DNA of 64,000 nt, taken from NCBI GenBank assembly GCA_963827595.1, contig CAWHBT010000004.1:19730-83729 (forward strand), given 5' to 3'. Of this stretch, positions 62,016 through 64,000 are shown piece by piece. Every line of letters starts with the position of its first letter. The first letter of the stretch is position 1. A program made the position numbers and the translations under genes. Below the pieces are notes generated by a model. It ran no database searches and was not told the DNA's origin. It saw nothing but the letters and a program-made list of their open reading frames with translations. Source of the stretch: an uncultured beta proteobacterium (GTDB lineage: Bacteria; Pseudomonadota; Gammaproteobacteria; Burkholderiales; SG8-39).

Positions 62016-63989
62016 ATGCAGAGTCTCTGGCAGGACACCGAAGCCGCCGCCTTCGCCGGCGACCTCCCGCAACGCGTCTACACCTCGCGGCTGCTCGGCC
62101 GCGACAAGTCGCTCGTCTTGCATGGCGGCGGCAACACGTCGGTGAAGATCGGCGAGCGCAACCGTTTCGGCGAGAACGAGACGATCCTGTACGTGAAGGG
62201 CAGCGGCTGGGACCTCGAGTCGATCGAGCCCGCCGGCTTCTCCCCGGTGCGGCTCGACCACGTGCGCAAGCTCGCCGAGCTCGAGCGCCTGTCCGATCCG
62301 GACATGGTCAACGAGCTCGTCACCCACATGGTCCGGGCCGCGGCGCCGGCGCCCTCGATCGAGACGATCCTCCACGGCTGCATGCCGTTCAAGTTCGTGG
62401 ACCACACCCACGCGGACGCAGTCCTCGCGATCACGAACACGCCCGGCGGTGAGGCACGCATCCGCGAGGTCTACGGCGACGCAGTCATCGTCATTCCCTA
62501 TCTCATGCCGGGGTTCGACCTCGCCCAGCGCGTAGCGCGCGAATTCGCCCGGGCAGCAACGCCGCGGACGATCGGCGTGGTCCTGATGAAGCACGGGATC
62601 TTCTCGTTCGGCGACGGTGCGCGGGAGTCCTACGAGCGGATGCTCGACCTGGTCGGACGCGCGGAGGCATACCTCGCCGGAAAGCGTGCCTGGGACGTCG
62701 TGCTCTCCCCCACCGCCGCGGCCCCCGAAATCAGCGGTCTGGACCTCGCCGACCTGCGCCGGCGGATCGCCGCCGTGGCCGGGGTTCCCCTGCTCCTGCG
62801 CACGCGCACGACGGCGCAGACGCTCGCATTCGCGCGGCATGGCGAGGTGAGACGCCTCTCGCAGCAGGGCCCGGCCACGCCCGACCACGTGATCCGGACC
62901 AAGCGCGTCCCGATGCTCGGCGACGACATCGAGGGCTTCGTTGCGGCGTACCGCGACTACTTCGCCCGTCACGAGCCGCAAGCCAAGGAGCGCAAGGTCA
63001 TGCTCGACCCGGCGCCGCGCGTGGTCCTCGACCCGCGCTTCGGCCTGGCGTGCCTCGGCCGCACCGCCAAGGACGCGCGCGTCGTCGAGGAGCTCTACGA
63101 GCATACGATCGACGTGATTCTCCGGGCCGAAGCCCTCGCGGGCTACGAGGCGCTGCCGGCGCAGGACCTCTTCGACGTCGAGTACTGGGATCTCGAGCAG
63201 GCGAAGCTGAAGAAGGCCGGCAAACCGCTCGCGTTCGCCGGCGAGGTGGCCTGGGTCACTGGCGCGGCATCGGGCATCGGCAAGGCCGCAGTGAGCGCGC
63301 TCCTCGCCCGCGGTGCGGCGGTCGTGGGGCTCGACCTCAATCCCGCGGTCGAAACCCTCCACCGGCGCGACGACTATCTCGGCCTGCGCTGCGACGTCAC
63401 CGAGGAGAGTGCGATTGCCGGGGCACTCGAACGTACGGCACGCGCGTTCGGCGGCCTCGACATGCTGGTCCTGAACGCGGGCGTCTTCCCGGCGAGCCGC
63501 AGCATCAAGGACCTGGCGAGCGACGAATGGCGGAGCACGATGCGCGTCAATCTCGACGCCAATCTGCTGCTCATGCGCGCATGCCACGCGTACCTGAAGC
63601 GCGCGCCGCGAGGTGGACGGGTCGTCGTCATCGGCTCCAAGAACGTCCCGGCGCCGGGGCCCGGGGCGGCGGCGTACTCCGCCTCCAAGGCGGCGCTCAA
63701 CCAGCTCGCGCGGATCGCGGCGCTGGAATGGGGTGCCGACGGAATCCGCGTGAACACCCTGCATCCGAACGCGGTGTTCGACACCGGATTGTGGACCGAC
63801 GAGGTGCTGGCGGAGCGCGCGCAACACTACGGCATGACGATCGAACAGTACAAGAGCAACAACATCCTCCGCACCGAAGTGACGAGCCGCGACGTCGCGG
63901 AGCTGGCCGCGGAGATGTGCGGTCCGTTGTTCGCCAAGACGACGGGCGCGCAGCTGCCCGTCGATGGCGGCAACGAGCGGGTGATCTAG
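62016..63989 (+). CDS. Bifunctional class II aldolase / short-chain dehydrogenase
   Basis: HGGGNTSVK, KGSGWDL, PSIETILH, HTH; SDR motifs TGAASGIG and YSASKAA. Confidence 0.92.
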   Translation: MQSLWQDTEAAAFAGDLPQRVYTSRLLGRDKSLVLHGGGNTSVKIGERNRFGENETILYVKGSGWDLESIEPAGFSPVRLDHVRKLAELERLSDPDMVNELVTHMVRAAAPAPSIETILHGCMPFKFVDHTHADAVLAITNTPGGEARIREVYGDAVIVIPYLMPGFDLAQRVAREFARAATPRTIGVVLMKHGIFSFGDGARESYERMLDLVGRAEAYLAGKRAWDVVLSPTAAAPEISGLDLADLRRRIAAVAGVPLLLRTRTTAQTLAFARHGEVRRLSQQGPATPDHVIRTKRVPMLGDDIEGFVAAYRDYFARHEPQAKERKVMLDPAPRVVLDPRFGLACLGRTAKDARVVEELYEHTIDVILRAEALAGYEALPAQDLFDVEYWDLEQAKLKKAGKPLAFAGEVAWVTGAASGIGKAAVSALLARGAAVVGLDLNPAVETLHRRDDYLGLRCDVTEESAIAGALERTARAFGGLDMLVLNAGVFPASRSIKDLASDEWRSTMRVNLDANLLLMRACHAYLKRAPRGGRVVVIGSKNVPAPGPGAAAYSASKAALNQLARIAALEWGADGIRVNTLHPNAVFDTGLWTDEVLAERAQHYGMTIEQYKSNNILRTEVTSRDVAELAAEMCGPLFAKTTGAQLPVDGGNERVI

Positions 63990-64000
63990 CCCTTTCATGG

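Noticed and set aside
61530-63998. 822-aa minus-strand ORF as a GNAT fusion
   Set aside because: Only the last 142 aa (from ATG 61958) form a GNAT; the rest is antisense to the aldolase/SDR gene

Overview
High-GC chromosome segment with Betaproteobacteria-like gene order. It apparently spans the replication terminus: a dif-like site at 54891-54918, KOPS polarity switching across it, and genes converging on it. (1) 1-8.6 kb is an accessory region abutting the 3' end of tRNA-Asn. It holds a TPR protein gene, a broken thermonuclease gene, an intact IS1595-family element with an 8-bp TSD, and many small exported/lipoprotein genes. These are interleaved with five co-oriented, synonymously diverged fragments of one small 4-Cys gene (..CRVC..WHLWCxRH..FPCGLWEREPG) and with repeated element-end motifs, giving a cassette-like stack. 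(2) 8.7-41.6 kb is core: tyrB, uvrB, rne, rluC, the rpmF-plsX-fab cluster, rpoE-rseAB-degP, lepA-lepB-rnc-era-recO-pdxJ-acpS-nagZ, an atypical efp, uvrC-pgsA, tRNA-Gly and tRNA-Cys. (3) A TfdA-like dioxygenase/TRAP/2-hydroxyacid dehydrogenase islet sits at tRNA-Cys and a 440-bp regulator islet at tRNA-Leu, each closed by a copy of the tRNA 3' end. (4) 47.4-54.2 kb is an ABC-transporter-less, T1SS-related locus: GAF-MFP, PqqD-like/M50-peptidase/MFP fusion, truncated SecA paralog and a convergent MFP. (5) 54.4-64 kb is core: tatD, pilZ, holB, tmk, mltG, ygfZ and others. All product calls come from motif recognition by eye; no searches were run. Several single-base frameshifts in conserved genes suggest sequencing errors.
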